Shown here piece by piece: positions 21,501 to 31,711 of a stretch of 64,000 bases of DNA. Made by a program: the position numbers and the translations under genes. Below the pieces are notes generated by a model that worked only from the letters and a program-made list of their open reading frames with translations, searched no databases and was not told where the DNA came from. Position 1 is the stretch's first letter, and every line of letters begins with the position of its first letter. This DNA is from Candidatus Eiseniibacteriota bacterium (GTDB lineage Bacteria > Eisenbacteria > RBG-16-71-46), in assembly GCA_963725865.1 (NCBI GenBank), contig CAVSAC010000014.1, forward strand, positions 1,216,001 to 1,280,000, read 5' to 3'.

Positions 21501-23463
21501 CAGCGCGACGTCGCTCGCGGGCTGATTGGTCAGGAACGTCGGCGCGCCGAACTGCCCGTTGCCGACGCCGCCGACACCGAGGCCGAACTGCCGGCTGACG
21601 CCGCCGCCGCTCGCCGTGACCAGGTCGGCGATGCCGTCGCCGTTGAGGTCGCCCGACGCGAACTCCGACGGAGCGCCGAAGGTGTTGCTCTGCGAGCTGC
21701 CGGAGGTGATCGACGCGCAGAGGTTCACGAACGCGTTGCTGCTGTCCGCCGGCGTGCCGTCGGCGGCATCCGAGACGTGGATGCGCAGCTGCGGAGTGCT
21801 GATGCCGGGCAGGTTCACGACCTCGCTGCCGTCGTTCGCGGTCGAGGCGACCAGCGTCTGGCGCGGGCCGCCGCCGACGTTGTACGCGATGCGCACGGTG
21901 GCGCCGGCCGGCAGCTGCGAGCTGGTCCAGGTCACGGTGGTCGGCGAGTACGCCTCGAGCGAATCGCCGCCGTTCGGCGACGTCAGCGTGAACGCCGGGT
22001 TGAAGCGCGAGCCGTCCGAGGCGATGTGCTGCGCGTAGAGGTCGCGCCCCAGCGTCGCGTCGTCGCGGCGGTCGGTCCACGCCGCCAGGAACCCGGTCAC
22101 CGGATCGATCGCGAGCACCGGCTCCGCCTGGATGTCGTCGCCGAACGGCGTGCCGGTGACGCTCTGCCGCCACGTGCGCACGCCGTTGACGTCGAGGTGC
22201 GCGGCGCCGATGTCGTCCTGGCCCAGCGTGGTGGTGAAGAACAAGTCCACGTACACCACGTACACGCCGTCGGCGCCGTCGCTCTCCATGCGCAGGTCGC
22301 GCTGGGTGCCGGTCGCGGTGTCGATCGGCGCGCCGTTGGCGCCCCACAGCAGCGCGCCGGTGGAGCTGAGCCGCTGCGCGTAGAGATCCTGCGCGTGGTT
22401 GAAGCCGTTCGGTCCGGGCCGATTGTTGTCGCGGCCGTCCACCCAGCCCAGGATCGCGCCGGTGCCCGAGGGGACGATCTTGAGGCTGAACGGGGTCGTG
22501 GGCTCGTCCCACGGCGTGTCGAGCCGCGTGAACACGCTGACGCCGCCGGCCGCCCACGCCGCGACGCCCGAGATGCTGTACTTCTGCGCGAGGATCTCGT
22601 TGCCGACCATCCACGTCACGATCAGCTGGGAGGTGGCGCTGTAGGCGTGCGAGGCGAGCGTCGCGGAGTTGACCGCGTCGTGGTAGACCGTCACGCCGCT
22701 GGCGCCCCACAGCACGGCGCCCGCCGTGGTGACGCGGTTCGTGAACACGCCCACCCGCGAGACCGAGCCGATCACCCGGTTCGCCATCCACGACACCACC
22801 GCGCCGTCGCCGAGGTTGGTGACGTCGAGGTCGAGCGGATTGTCCGTCGCCGCCACCAGCACGCCGCCGGCGGTCCACTGCTCGGCGCCGTCGAGCGCCA
22901 CCCGCTGCACCCGCACGCCGCCGGTGCCGAACGCCAGCAGCAGCGCGCCGGTCGACGCCACGTCGATGTCGACGTCGCTCGCGACGGTCCCGAAGCGCTT
23001 GCCGCCCGCGGTCAGCTGCGGCACGCCGTTGGCGTCGACGCGCTGGACGTACACGCCCGGCGTGCCCGCGCGTGAATCGGACCACGCGATCCACGCGCCG
23101 CCGTGCAGGTCGCTCACCACCTTCACCTGCCCGTTCGTGTTCAGGTTGCCGCCCGAGTTGACGAACACGCCGGCGCTGCCGTTCCACAGCGGCTGCCCGG
23201 TCCCCTGGTCGAGCCGCTGGACGCGGATCGAGTCGACGCGGTAGACGCAGGCCGCGATCACGCCGCCGGCGCCGTCGGTACACACCACGCTGCCGCGCGG
23301 CAGCTGGTTCTGGTAACCGACCTCCTCGTCGCGAGTGGTGTGGAACGCGGGGTAGCCACCGTAGGTCCACTGCGCCGCGCGGGCGGGCAGCGGGGCGAGG
23401 ACGCTCGAGCAGGACGAACGGTCCTGCGAGGAGACGGGCGATTCGGTTCAGTGGGGTCCGCAT
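18573..23463 (-). CDS. Large secreted FG-GAP/VCBS repeat protein with FlgD-like C-terminus, multiple frameshifts
   Basis: Many DFNEDG..DL repeats spread over ORFs 21096..23288, 20825..21451, 20794..21099, 20610..20963 and 18573..20492; WPNP...WDG...SGLYFVR tail. Confidence 0.78.
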
Positions 23464-23621
23464 GGCAGGGGTCTCCAGGAAGGTGGCGGCCGGTCCGGGT
23501 CGACGAGGGGTGAGACCGTTCGCGGGTCCTGGAATCACACGCGCGTGTGCGATTCGGCGCCGCGGCGCTAGGATGGCCGCCCGGTCCGCGACCCCCGCGG
23601 ACCCCTGACCCGAGGCCCCGC

Positions 23622-24339
23622 GTGCCCCCCAAGACCCTCGACCACTGGCGCACCGAGCGGCTGATCCTCGAGCGCGTGCGCGCCGAGGACTTCGCCGACC
23701 TGCTCCGCATGCACCAGGACCCGGTCCTGATGGCCTCGATCGGAGGCCTGCGCTGCGACGAGGAGACCCGCCGCTACCTCGACGAGCAGCTCGGGCACTG
23801 GGCAGGCGCACCACTTCGGGATCTGGATGGCGCGCGAGGCGGCCTCGAGCCGGCTGGCCGGCCGCGGCGGCCTGCGCCTGACCGCGATCGACGGCCGCGC
23901 CGAGACCGAGCTGGCGTACGCGCTGGTGCCCGAGGCGTGGGGCCGCGGCCTGGCCACCGAGCTGGCGCGGGCCTGCGTGCGCACCGCGTTCGACCTGCTC
24001 GGCCGCGCCGACCTGGTGGCGTACACGCGGCCCGAGAACCGCGCCTCGCGGCGGGTGATGGAGAAGTGCGGCTTCAGCTACGAGCGCGACTTCGTCCACA
24101 AGGCGGCGCCGCACGTGCTCTACCGGCTGACCGCGGGCGACTGGCGCGCCGCGTGCGCAGGCAGCGCCGGGCGAGCGGCGGGGCCGTGGACGGGGCCCGG
24201 CTCGCCCGGCCACGCGCGCCCGCGCGCTTCGATGCTCCACGCGCGCTCGACGCTCACGGTGACGGCGCCCAGCGTGTCCTCGACCCGGCCCTCCACGCGC
24301 ACCACCTCGCCGCGCGTGGCGGCGGCGTACGCGCGGTAG
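23622..24339 (+). CDS. GNAT acetyltransferase (RimJ/RimL-like), frameshift near 23805; 3' end uncertain
   Basis: TERLIL start; ELAYALVPEAWGRGLATE; NRASRRVMEKCGF. Confidence 0.8.
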
Positions 24340-27300
24340 GCGGCCGGGAACAGCACGCACTCCACCAGCCCGCCGTGATCGGCGAGCGTCAGGAACAGCA
24401 TGGTGCCGCCGGTGCGGGTCTCGACGCGGCGCGTCGCGCACGGCAGGCCGGCGACCATCACGCGCCGGCCGACGTGCGCGTCGATCTCGGCGGCCGGCAC
24501 CGCGCCCGCGAGTGCGCCGGGCGGCACCAGCACGTCGAGCGGATGCGCGCTGAACCACATCCCGGTCGCGCGCACCTCGCCGCGCACGCGCTCGGCGAGG
24601 TCGAACTCGGGCAGTCCGGGCAGCCCCGGCGGCGCCACGGCGGGCGCCAGCGGCTCGCCGGTCGCACCCGCCAGCACCGGCGCGGCGCCGCGCGACGGCC
24701 GTCCGGCGCCGCGCGCCGCCGCCACGCGCGCCTCGAGCAGCAGCGCGGGGCGCGTGCGCCCGGTGGCATCGAGCGCGCCGGCGAGGATCAGCGCCTCCAA
24801 TTCGTCGAGCGATGGGCGCGCGCGGTCGGCCAGGTCGGCGAGGCTCGCGAACGGGCGCTGCGCGAGCAGGCGCTCGCCGGTGGCGTGCGAGAGCCCGGCC
24901 ACGCGCGAAAGCCCGACGCGCACGGCGGGCTCCGGGCGGAGCGCGGGCGCACCGCCCGCGCCGCCGCGCGGCGCGCGTCGCTCGGCAGACCGCGCGTCCG
25001 GCGCCTCGTCGTCCTCGAGCGTCGCGTCCCACGCCGAGCGCTCGACGCACGGCGCGCGGAACGTGACGCCGCGGCGGCGCAGGTCCTCGACGTGCACCCA
25101 CGTCGCGTACATGCCGGCGTGGTGGTCGAGCACGCCCACCGCCCACTCGGTGGGATAGTGGGTCTTGAGGTAGGCGCTCTGGTAGCCGAGCACGCCGTAG
25201 CCGGCGGCGTGCGCCTTGCAGAACGCGTACGCCGCGAACCGCGTCAGGTCGCGCCACGCGGCGCGGGCGGTGGGCTCGTCGACGCCGTCGCGCACGCAGT
25301 GACCGACGAAGCCGCGCTCGAGCGCGCGGAATTCCTCGTCGCCGCGCGCCTTCGCGATCGCGCGGCGCAGGTCGTCGCCCTCGGCCAGCGTCAGGCCGGC
25401 GAGTGCCGCGGCCACGCACATCACGTCCTCCTCGTACAGCATCACGCCGTGCGCGGAGCCCAGCACCGGCTGGAGCCGCGGGTGGAGCGGCGGCGTGGGC
25501 TCCAGGCCGCGGTGCCGGCGGCAGTAGATCTCCTTCATGCTCGGGCCGCCGTCCGCCGGCGCGGCGGCGGCGCCGGGGCGGATCAACGCGACCGCGGCGA
25601 TCACCTCGTCGAGCGTGCTCGCGCGCAGCATGCGCAGCAGGTGGCGCATCGCGGGCGACTCGAGCTGGAAGCCGTTCAGCGTGTCGCCGGCGACCAGTCG
25701 CGCGACGGTCGCGGGGTCGTCGGGCGGCAGGCGGTCGAGGTCGATCGCGACGCCACGACGCGTCCGCACGCTCGCCACGCAGTCGCCGATCTCCGACAGC
25801 GCGCGGTTGCCGAGCAGGTCCATCTTCACCAGCCCGAGTGCCTCGATCGCGCGCATCTCGGGCTGCGTGACCACCACCTTCTTGTCGCCGCGCTCGAGCG
25901 GCACGTAGTGGGTGAGCGGCCGGTCGGCGATCACCACCCCGCCGCAGTGGATGCTCAGGTGCCGCGGCGCGCCGTCGAGCTGCTCGGCGAGCGCCAGCGC
26001 GCGCGTCAGCACCGGCTCGCGCCAGTCGACGCCCGAGGCGCCGCCGTCGCCCAGCAGCCGCTCCAGGTAGGGCGCCTGCAGCGCGCGCGGCACCCGCTTG
26101 GCGAGCGCGTCGACGCGCGCACTCGGCACCCCGAGCGCCTTGGCGGTCTCGCGGAACGCCGAGCGCGCGCCGAGCGTGGCGTGAGTGGAGATCATCGCCA
26201 CGCGGTCCTCGCCGTAGGTGCGGTAGACGTGCGCGATCACCTCGTCGCGGCGCTTCCAGCACAGGTCGATGTCGAGATCGGGGCAGTCGCGGCGCGAGGG
26301 GTTGAGGAAGCGCTCGAAATAGAGCCCGTAGCGCAGCGGGTCCACGTTCGTGATGCCGAGCGCGTACGCCACCAGCGAGCTGGCGCCCGAGCCGCGGCCG
26401 ACGGTCGGGATGCCGTGCGCCTGCGCGAAGCCCACGATCTCGGCGACCAGCAGGAAGTAGTCGGTGAAGCCGCAGCGCGTGATCATCCCGAGCTCCTGCT
26501 CGAGCCGCGCGAGCGCGCGCGGCGCGTCGTGACCCCAGCGCCGGCGCACGCCCTCGCGGCCGAGCCGCAGCAGGCGCGCCGGCCCGCTCTCGCCGTCCGC
26601 GAGCGGGGCGCGCGGGAAGATCGGCGTGCCCATCTCGAGCGTGAGCCGGCAGCGCGCGGCGAGTGCGGCGTTGTGTGCGAGCGCGGGGGCGGCGGCCTCG
26701 GGCACGCCGGCCGCGGCGCAGGTCGCGCGCACGCGCCGCACCCATTCGGCGGGCGGCGCCAGCCACGCCTCGCGCGCGGCGAACGCGCCGGGCGGCATGC
26801 GCTCGAGCAGCTCGCCGGCGGCCGCGGTGACCGCCACGCGGTGGGTCTCGTGATCGCGCGCTTCCAGCATCACCACGTCGCCGGTCGCCACCAGCGGCAC
26901 CGCCAGCCGCCGCGCGGCGGCGACCCGCTCGGCGAGGCGCAGGCGCTCGAGGGGCACGCCGCGCACGCCGAACCACAGCCCGGCCGCGCGCCCGCCGGGG
27001 CGCGCGTCGTCGGCGCCGGCGGCGGCCGGCACGCCGGCGCGCAGCAGCCCGGCGGCCAGCCCCGGCGTCTCGACGATCACGTGGAGCCCGGCGTGCAGCT
27101 CGGCGAGTGCGGCGGTGAGGTCGAAGTCCGCGTCGAGCTGGCGCCGCGTGAGCACCGTGCACAGGTGGGTCCAGCCGCGGCGGTCGACCGGCAGCAGCAG
27201 CGCGCTGCCGCTGGCGTGCGTGACCTCGGCGCCGGGCAGCGCGCCGCAGGCCCTCGGCGCGCGCGGCCTGCAGGAAGCGCACCGCCAGGTAGAGGTTGTC

Positions 27301-27426
27301 GCGGTCGGTGAGCGCGAGTGCCTCGTAGCCGAGCGCGAGCGCGCGCTCCACCAGCGCCTCGGGCGCGGCGGTGCCATTGAGCAGCGAGCCGTGCGAGCGC
27401 ACGCGCAGCGGGACGAACGGATGCAT
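24120..27426 (-). CDS. dnaE2: Error-prone DNA polymerase III alpha (DnaE2-type), frameshift near 27247
   Basis: PHP start (LALTDRDNLY), GRGSGASS, PDLDID, KMDLLG, YAFCKAHA, OB fold; no tau-binding tail. Confidence 0.88.
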
Positions 27427-27490
27427 GACGGCCTCCGTGGCGCGCGGCGATGCGGAGCGCGCGCCCGACGCGGCGCGCGCCCCGCGTCGC

Positions 27491-27865
27491 TCAGGCGCCG
27501 ACCTTGAAGTGCGAGTTCTGGATCATGCCGAGCGCGTTGCCGAACGGGTCGGTCACCGTGGCCACGCGGATGCCCTCGCCGACGTCCTGCACCGGGCTGA
27601 GCGCGGTGGCGCCGAGCGCGAGCAGCCGCGTCCACGCGGCGTCGGCGTCGGGCACGCCCCAGTACGCGACCACGCCGCGGTTGCCGGGCTGGTGGTTCGG
27701 CTCGGCCGGCAGCAGGCCCAGCTCGTAGCCGCCGACCTCGAAGCCGACGTAGAACGGCTCGTCGAAGTAGGGCTGGAGGCCGAACGCCTCGGCGTACCAG
27801 GCCTTGGCGCGGGCGAGGTCGGGGGCGGGGTAGATCGCGGTCATCAGCGCGGTGAAGTGCGGCAT
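27491..27865 (-). CDS. VOC/glyoxalase-bleomycin resistance family protein
   Basis: AKAWYAEAFG, PYFDEPFYVGF, DPFGN. Confidence 0.88.
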   Translation of the reverse strand: MPHFTALMTAIYPAPDLARAKAWYAEAFGLQPYFDEPFYVGFEVGGYELGLLPAEPNHQPGNRGVVAYWGVPDADAAWTRLLALGATALSPVQDVGEGIRVATVTDPFGNALGMIQNSHFKVGA

Positions 27866-27892
27866 CGCGGGCTCCTCGTCGGTGATGGGTGG

Positions 27893-29224
27893 CTACTTCG
27901 TGAGCGACGGGGTCCGCAGCACGAACCCGTGCTCGTCCTCGTCGAGGCGGCCCTTCAGGTGCAGCGCGCGGCCGGAGACCAGCACGCCGTGCCCGAACCG
28001 CTCGCGCACGCCGTCGAACGCGCGGTACAGCGCCGCGCGCCGGCCGGCCTCGGGCTCGTCGAACAGCGCGCCCTGCTCGCCGCCGCCGCGCGCGAACCGC
28101 GACAGCACCAGCCCGACGCCGTGCAGCGCGACCCGGCGCGTGAACTGGCGGCGCAGCGAGTCGAGCGCGTTCGCCAGCACCACCGGGTCGGTGTCGGACG
28201 GCAGCGCGAGCGCGCGCGTGCGCTCGCTCCACTCGCCGTCGCTGTAGCGCAGCCGGCAGCTCACCGCACCCGGCTTGAGCCCCAGCTCGCGCGCGGTGCG
28301 GCACGCGCGGCCCACCAGGTACTCGAGCATGCCCTCGATCTCGGCGCGGTCGGCGGTGTCGCGGTGGAACGAGGTCTCGCGCGAGATCGAGACCGGGATC
28401 TCGCGCTCGCGCACCGCCGCGGTGTCGCGCCCGCGGCAGCGCTCGTACAGCAGGCGGCCCGGCGATCCGAACAGCGCCTCGAGCGCGTCGGCCGGCAGCG
28501 GGCGCAGCTCGCCGATCGTGCGCACGTTCATCGAGCGCAGCGTCTTCGCGTGCGCGTGGCCGACGCCCGCGAGCTGCTCGATCGGGCGGTCGCGCAGGAA
28601 CGCGTCGGCCTCGTGCGGCTCGATGCGCGCGAGCCCGTCGGGCTTGACGGTCTTGCCGACCAGCTTCGCGAGCATGCGGTTGGGTCCCACGCCGCAGGTG
28701 ACCGTGAGCCCGGTGTCGGCGCGGATCGCGTCCTTGAGCCCGCGCACCGCCGCCATCAGGTCGCCGTGCACGCGCTCGGTGCCGGTGAGGTCGCAGTAGG
28801 CCTCGTCGAGGTAGGTCTCGAGCGCCGGCGACAGCGTGCGGCAGCGCTCGAAGATGGTCTCGGCGTAGCAGCGGTAGACCTGCGCGTGGCCCTCGAGGAT
28901 CACCGCCTGCGGGCACCGCCGTTTCGCCTCGGACAGCGCCATGCCGGCCTTGAGCCCGAACGCGCGCGCCTCGTACGAGCACGACGCGATCACGCCCGCC
29001 CCCACGATCACCGGCCGGCCGCGCAGCGCGGGATGGCGCTGCTGCTCGATGGCGGCGAAGAACGCGTCGATGTCCACGTGGAGGACCAGGGGCGCGTGCG
29101 ATGGGGCTCCGTCCCTCGCCGCGGCGCACGTCTCCGGATCGACGGGTGCCGTCGGGTTCGTCGGGGATGGGCGTGACGCGGAGTGCGTCGTACCCGGCGC
29201 CACGGCGAGCGAAGGAGTGTCCAT
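27893..29224 (-). CDS. dinB: Y-family DNA polymerase IV
   Basis: LHVDIDAFFA, SCSYEARAFG, LDEAYCD, KPDG; beta-clamp-like motif QGALF. Confidence 0.92.
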   Translation of the reverse strand: MDTPSLAVAPGTTHSASRPSPTNPTAPVDPETCAAARDGAPSHAPLVLHVDIDAFFAAIEQQRHPALRGRPVIVGAGVIASCSYEARAFGLKAGMALSEAKRRCPQAVILEGHAQVYRCYAETIFERCRTLSPALETYLDEAYCDLTGTERVHGDLMAAVRGLKDAIRADTGLTVTCGVGPNRMLAKLVGKTVKPDGLARIEPHEADAFLRDRPIEQLAGVGHAHAKTLRSMNVRTIGELRPLPADALEALFGSPGRLLYERCRGRDTAAVREREIPVSISRETSFHRDTADRAEIEGMLEYLVGRACRTARELGLKPGAVSCRLRYSDGEWSERTRALALPSDTDPVVLANALDSLRRQFTRRVALHGVGLVLSRFARGGGEQGALFDEPEAGRRAALYRAFDGVRERFGHGVLVSGRALHLKGRLDEDEHGFVLRTPSLTK

Positions 29225-29478
29225 CAGCCCTCCAGCGTGACCGAGTCCAGCCACCACACCAGCTCACCGCTCTGCAGCGACAGCTCGTAGATGTCGCCGC
29301 TGTCCGCGGTGATCGAGAAGTGGAAGTGCGGATGCCGGGGCACGCGGTCGATCCAGCGGGCGTTCACCCGCACCACGCGGATCTCGCGGCCCCGGCGCTT
29401 GAACGCGAGCGGGGTCACGGTGCCGCCGTGGAAGTCGGCGCGGACGCTGATGGCTTCGTCGATGGACTCGATTCGCAT
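29224..29478 (-). CDS. Small beta-rich protein (DUF6504/ImuB C-terminal-like)
   Basis: 84 aa, PLAFKRRGREIRV..W...FSITADSGDIYEL...WWL; TGATG-coupled to dinB. Confidence 0.7.
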   Translation of the reverse strand: MRIESIDEAISVRADFHGGTVTPLAFKRRGREIRVVRVNARWIDRVPRHPHFHFSITADSGDIYELSLQSGELVWWLDSVTLEG

Positions 29479-29497
29479 GTGGGACCTGGCGAACAGC

Positions 29498-29526
29498 ACT
29501 CTACTGCACATTCGTGCAGTACGCAA
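29498..29526 (-). promoter_or_regulatory. Sigma70 promoter with embedded putative LexA operator
   Basis: TTGCGT-N17-TAGAGT; palindrome TACTGCAC-ATTC-GTGCAGTA at 29502-29521. Confidence 0.75.
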
Positions 29527-29630
29527 GAGTCCGCTGTGGATGCGGGTCCACGAGGCCGATAACCCCCGAGCCGGGCCCTGAGGCGCGATCGCGCCATGGC
29601 GGCCCGACGACCTGCGGGAGGAGGCCCGAC

Positions 29631-30479
29631 GTGAGAACCGTGAAGACACTCGCCGCGTCCATGCTGGTCGCATGCCTGCTGCTGGCGGCGGAGCCCGCGA
29701 GCACGGCGCCCGTGGCGCTCACCACCACCGAATACGGTTCCGGTCCCACGCTGGTGCTGGTGCACGGCCTGGGCGGCGCCGGCATGACCTGGATGCCGAC
29801 CGCGCGCCGGCTGATCCCCACGCATCACGTCGTGATGGTGGACCTGCCCGGCCACGGCGGCAGCCCGCTGCCCGATCCGTTCTCGATCGACGACGTGGCC
29901 GAGTCGCTCGACCGCGTGCTCGCCCGCCAGCCGCACGGCTCCATCGTCGTGGGCCACGGCCTCGGCGGCCTGGTCGCGCTGGCCACGCTGCGCCACCACC
30001 CCGAGCACTTCAACGGGCTGGTGATCATCGACGCCGGCACCCGCTTCGGCGTGCCGGTGGCGGACCAGCAGCAGAAGATGTTCCTCGACTTCGTCGACAA
30101 GAACTACGACGCGTTCCTCAAGCAGATGTTCACCGGCCTCGGCCGCGACTCCGTGCAGGGCGTGGCGATCCACGCGCAGGCGAGCCTGGTGTCCAAGCAG
30201 GCGATCACGTCGTACCTGCGGGCGCTGCTCAACGCCGACGAATCCGGCACGCTGCGCGGCGCCAAGCTGCCGGTGCTCTACATCGGTTCCGCGCGCGCGT
30301 GGCCGGACTCGGTGACGTGGGAAGAGCTGGCGCGCAGCCGTGGACTCACGGCCTCCACGATCGCGACCCGCCGCATCCGCGACAGCGGGTACTGGATGAT
30401 GAAGGATCAGCCCGACTCGCTCGCGAGCGCGCTCGCCGAGTTCGCCAAGGGGCTCGCGCCGCTCGCGGTGGACCGCTAG
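29631..30479 (+). CDS. Secreted alpha/beta hydrolase-fold protein, catalytic residues degenerate
   Basis: LVHGLGG and DLPGHG present; GHGLGG replaces GxSxG; GYW replaces GHF. Confidence 0.85.
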   Translation: MRTVKTLAASMLVACLLLAAEPASTAPVALTTTEYGSGPTLVLVHGLGGAGMTWMPTARRLIPTHHVVMVDLPGHGGSPLPDPFSIDDVAESLDRVLARQPHGSIVVGHGLGGLVALATLRHHPEHFNGLVIIDAGTRFGVPVADQQQKMFLDFVDKNYDAFLKQMFTGLGRDSVQGVAIHAQASLVSKQAITSYLRALLNADESGTLRGAKLPVLYIGSARAWPDSVTWEELARSRGLTASTIATRRIRDSGYWMMKDQPDSLASALAEFAKGLAPLAVDR

Positions 30480-30527
30480 TCACGACGGTCCGCGCGCCGC
30501 GCCGGACCGCAGCACGAGGACGTCGAC

Positions 30528-31433
30528 GTGTCGAACCCGAGCCCTGCAGCCGCGACCCCGGCGCGCTCCCGCGCGGCGCGCCCGACCCTGCGCGTCGCGC
30601 TGCTGCTGGTGCTGCTGGTCGCCCTCGCCGGGCTGCTCGCGCGGCGCGGCAGCGACGGGCGCCCCGCGCCCGTCGCGACCACCGTGATGGGCAAGGGGCC
30701 GACGATCGTGCTCGTCCACGGGCTCGGCGGCCGCGCCGGGCACTGGCTGCCGTGCGCGCGCCTGCTCGCCCGCGACCATCGCGTGGTGCTGGTCGACCTG
30801 CCCGGCCACGGCGCGAGCGCCATGCCGGAGCCGTTCTCGCTCGAGCGCGCGGCGCAGGCGCTCGACCTGGCGCTCGCCGACGAGCCCGGGCCGGTGGTGC
30901 TGGTCGGTCACTCGGTCGGCGGCCTGGTCGCCGCGCAGGAGGCGCTCGATCACCCCGGCCGCGTGCGCGCGCTGGTGCTGGTCGAGACCGCGCTGCGCCC
31001 GCAGCTCGAGGGCGCCGAGCGCGACACCATGCTGAAGGCGCTCGACACCGACTACCAGCAGGTGCTGCGCACCGCCTACGAGTCGTTCGGACGCGACTCG
31101 GCGCAGGGCCACATGCTGTACGAGGAGGTCGCCGCCCTCGAGCCCGCGTACGTGAAGCCGTGGATCCGGCTGGCGCTCTCGCTCAACATCTCGGTGCGCA
31201 TGTCGCACCTGCGCGCGCCGCTGCTCGCGGTGTTCGCCGAGCGCTCGTGGGGCAAGGACGAAGCGTGGGCCGACGCGTCGCGCGCGCTCGGCTACGATCG
31301 CGTGCCGCGCGTGGAGCCGGTGCGCATCGAGGGCTGCGGGCACTTCGTGATGCTGGATCAGCCGGCGCGCCTGGCGTCGCTGATCGCACGCTTCAGCGCC
31401 GGCCCCGACACCGTCCCCGTCGCCACGCGCTGA
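30528..31433 (+). CDS. Alpha/beta hydrolase
   Basis: LVHGLGG, DLPGHG, GHSVGG, GHFVMLDQP. Confidence 0.9.
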   Translation: MSNPSPAAATPARSRAARPTLRVALLLVLLVALAGLLARRGSDGRPAPVATTVMGKGPTIVLVHGLGGRAGHWLPCARLLARDHRVVLVDLPGHGASAMPEPFSLERAAQALDLALADEPGPVVLVGHSVGGLVAAQEALDHPGRVRALVLVETALRPQLEGAERDTMLKALDTDYQQVLRTAYESFGRDSAQGHMLYEEVAALEPAYVKPWIRLALSLNISVRMSHLRAPLLAVFAERSWGKDEAWADASRALGYDRVPRVEPVRIEGCGHFVMLDQPARLASLIARFSAGPDTVPVATR

Positions 31434-31711
31434 GGCACGTGGGGCAGGCGGGCGGGCGGCACGCCGTCGCCGCGCCCGGCTCGCTCGCGCAGCGGTGGCG
31501 AGCCCCGTGCTCCCGCCGCCATCCGTGCGCTCGCGGAGCGCTGGCGAGCCCCGCGCTCCCGCCGCCCGTGCGTCCGCGGGCCGGAATGTCCCCCGCGGCT
31601 CGCCCGATGCGTTTCTCCCATTGAGGGCGCTCGCGGGTGGACGCATCCATCCCGCGAGTCCGCCTGCCCGCGGCCGCGGAGCAGCGCCGCGATCGACGTG
31701 CGGGGGTCCAC

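Noticed and set aside
21331..29267. Giant 2031-aa and 1715-aa ORFs
   Set aside because: Products of the dnaE2 frameshift plus GC-rich shadow frames; only the DnaE2 parts are real.
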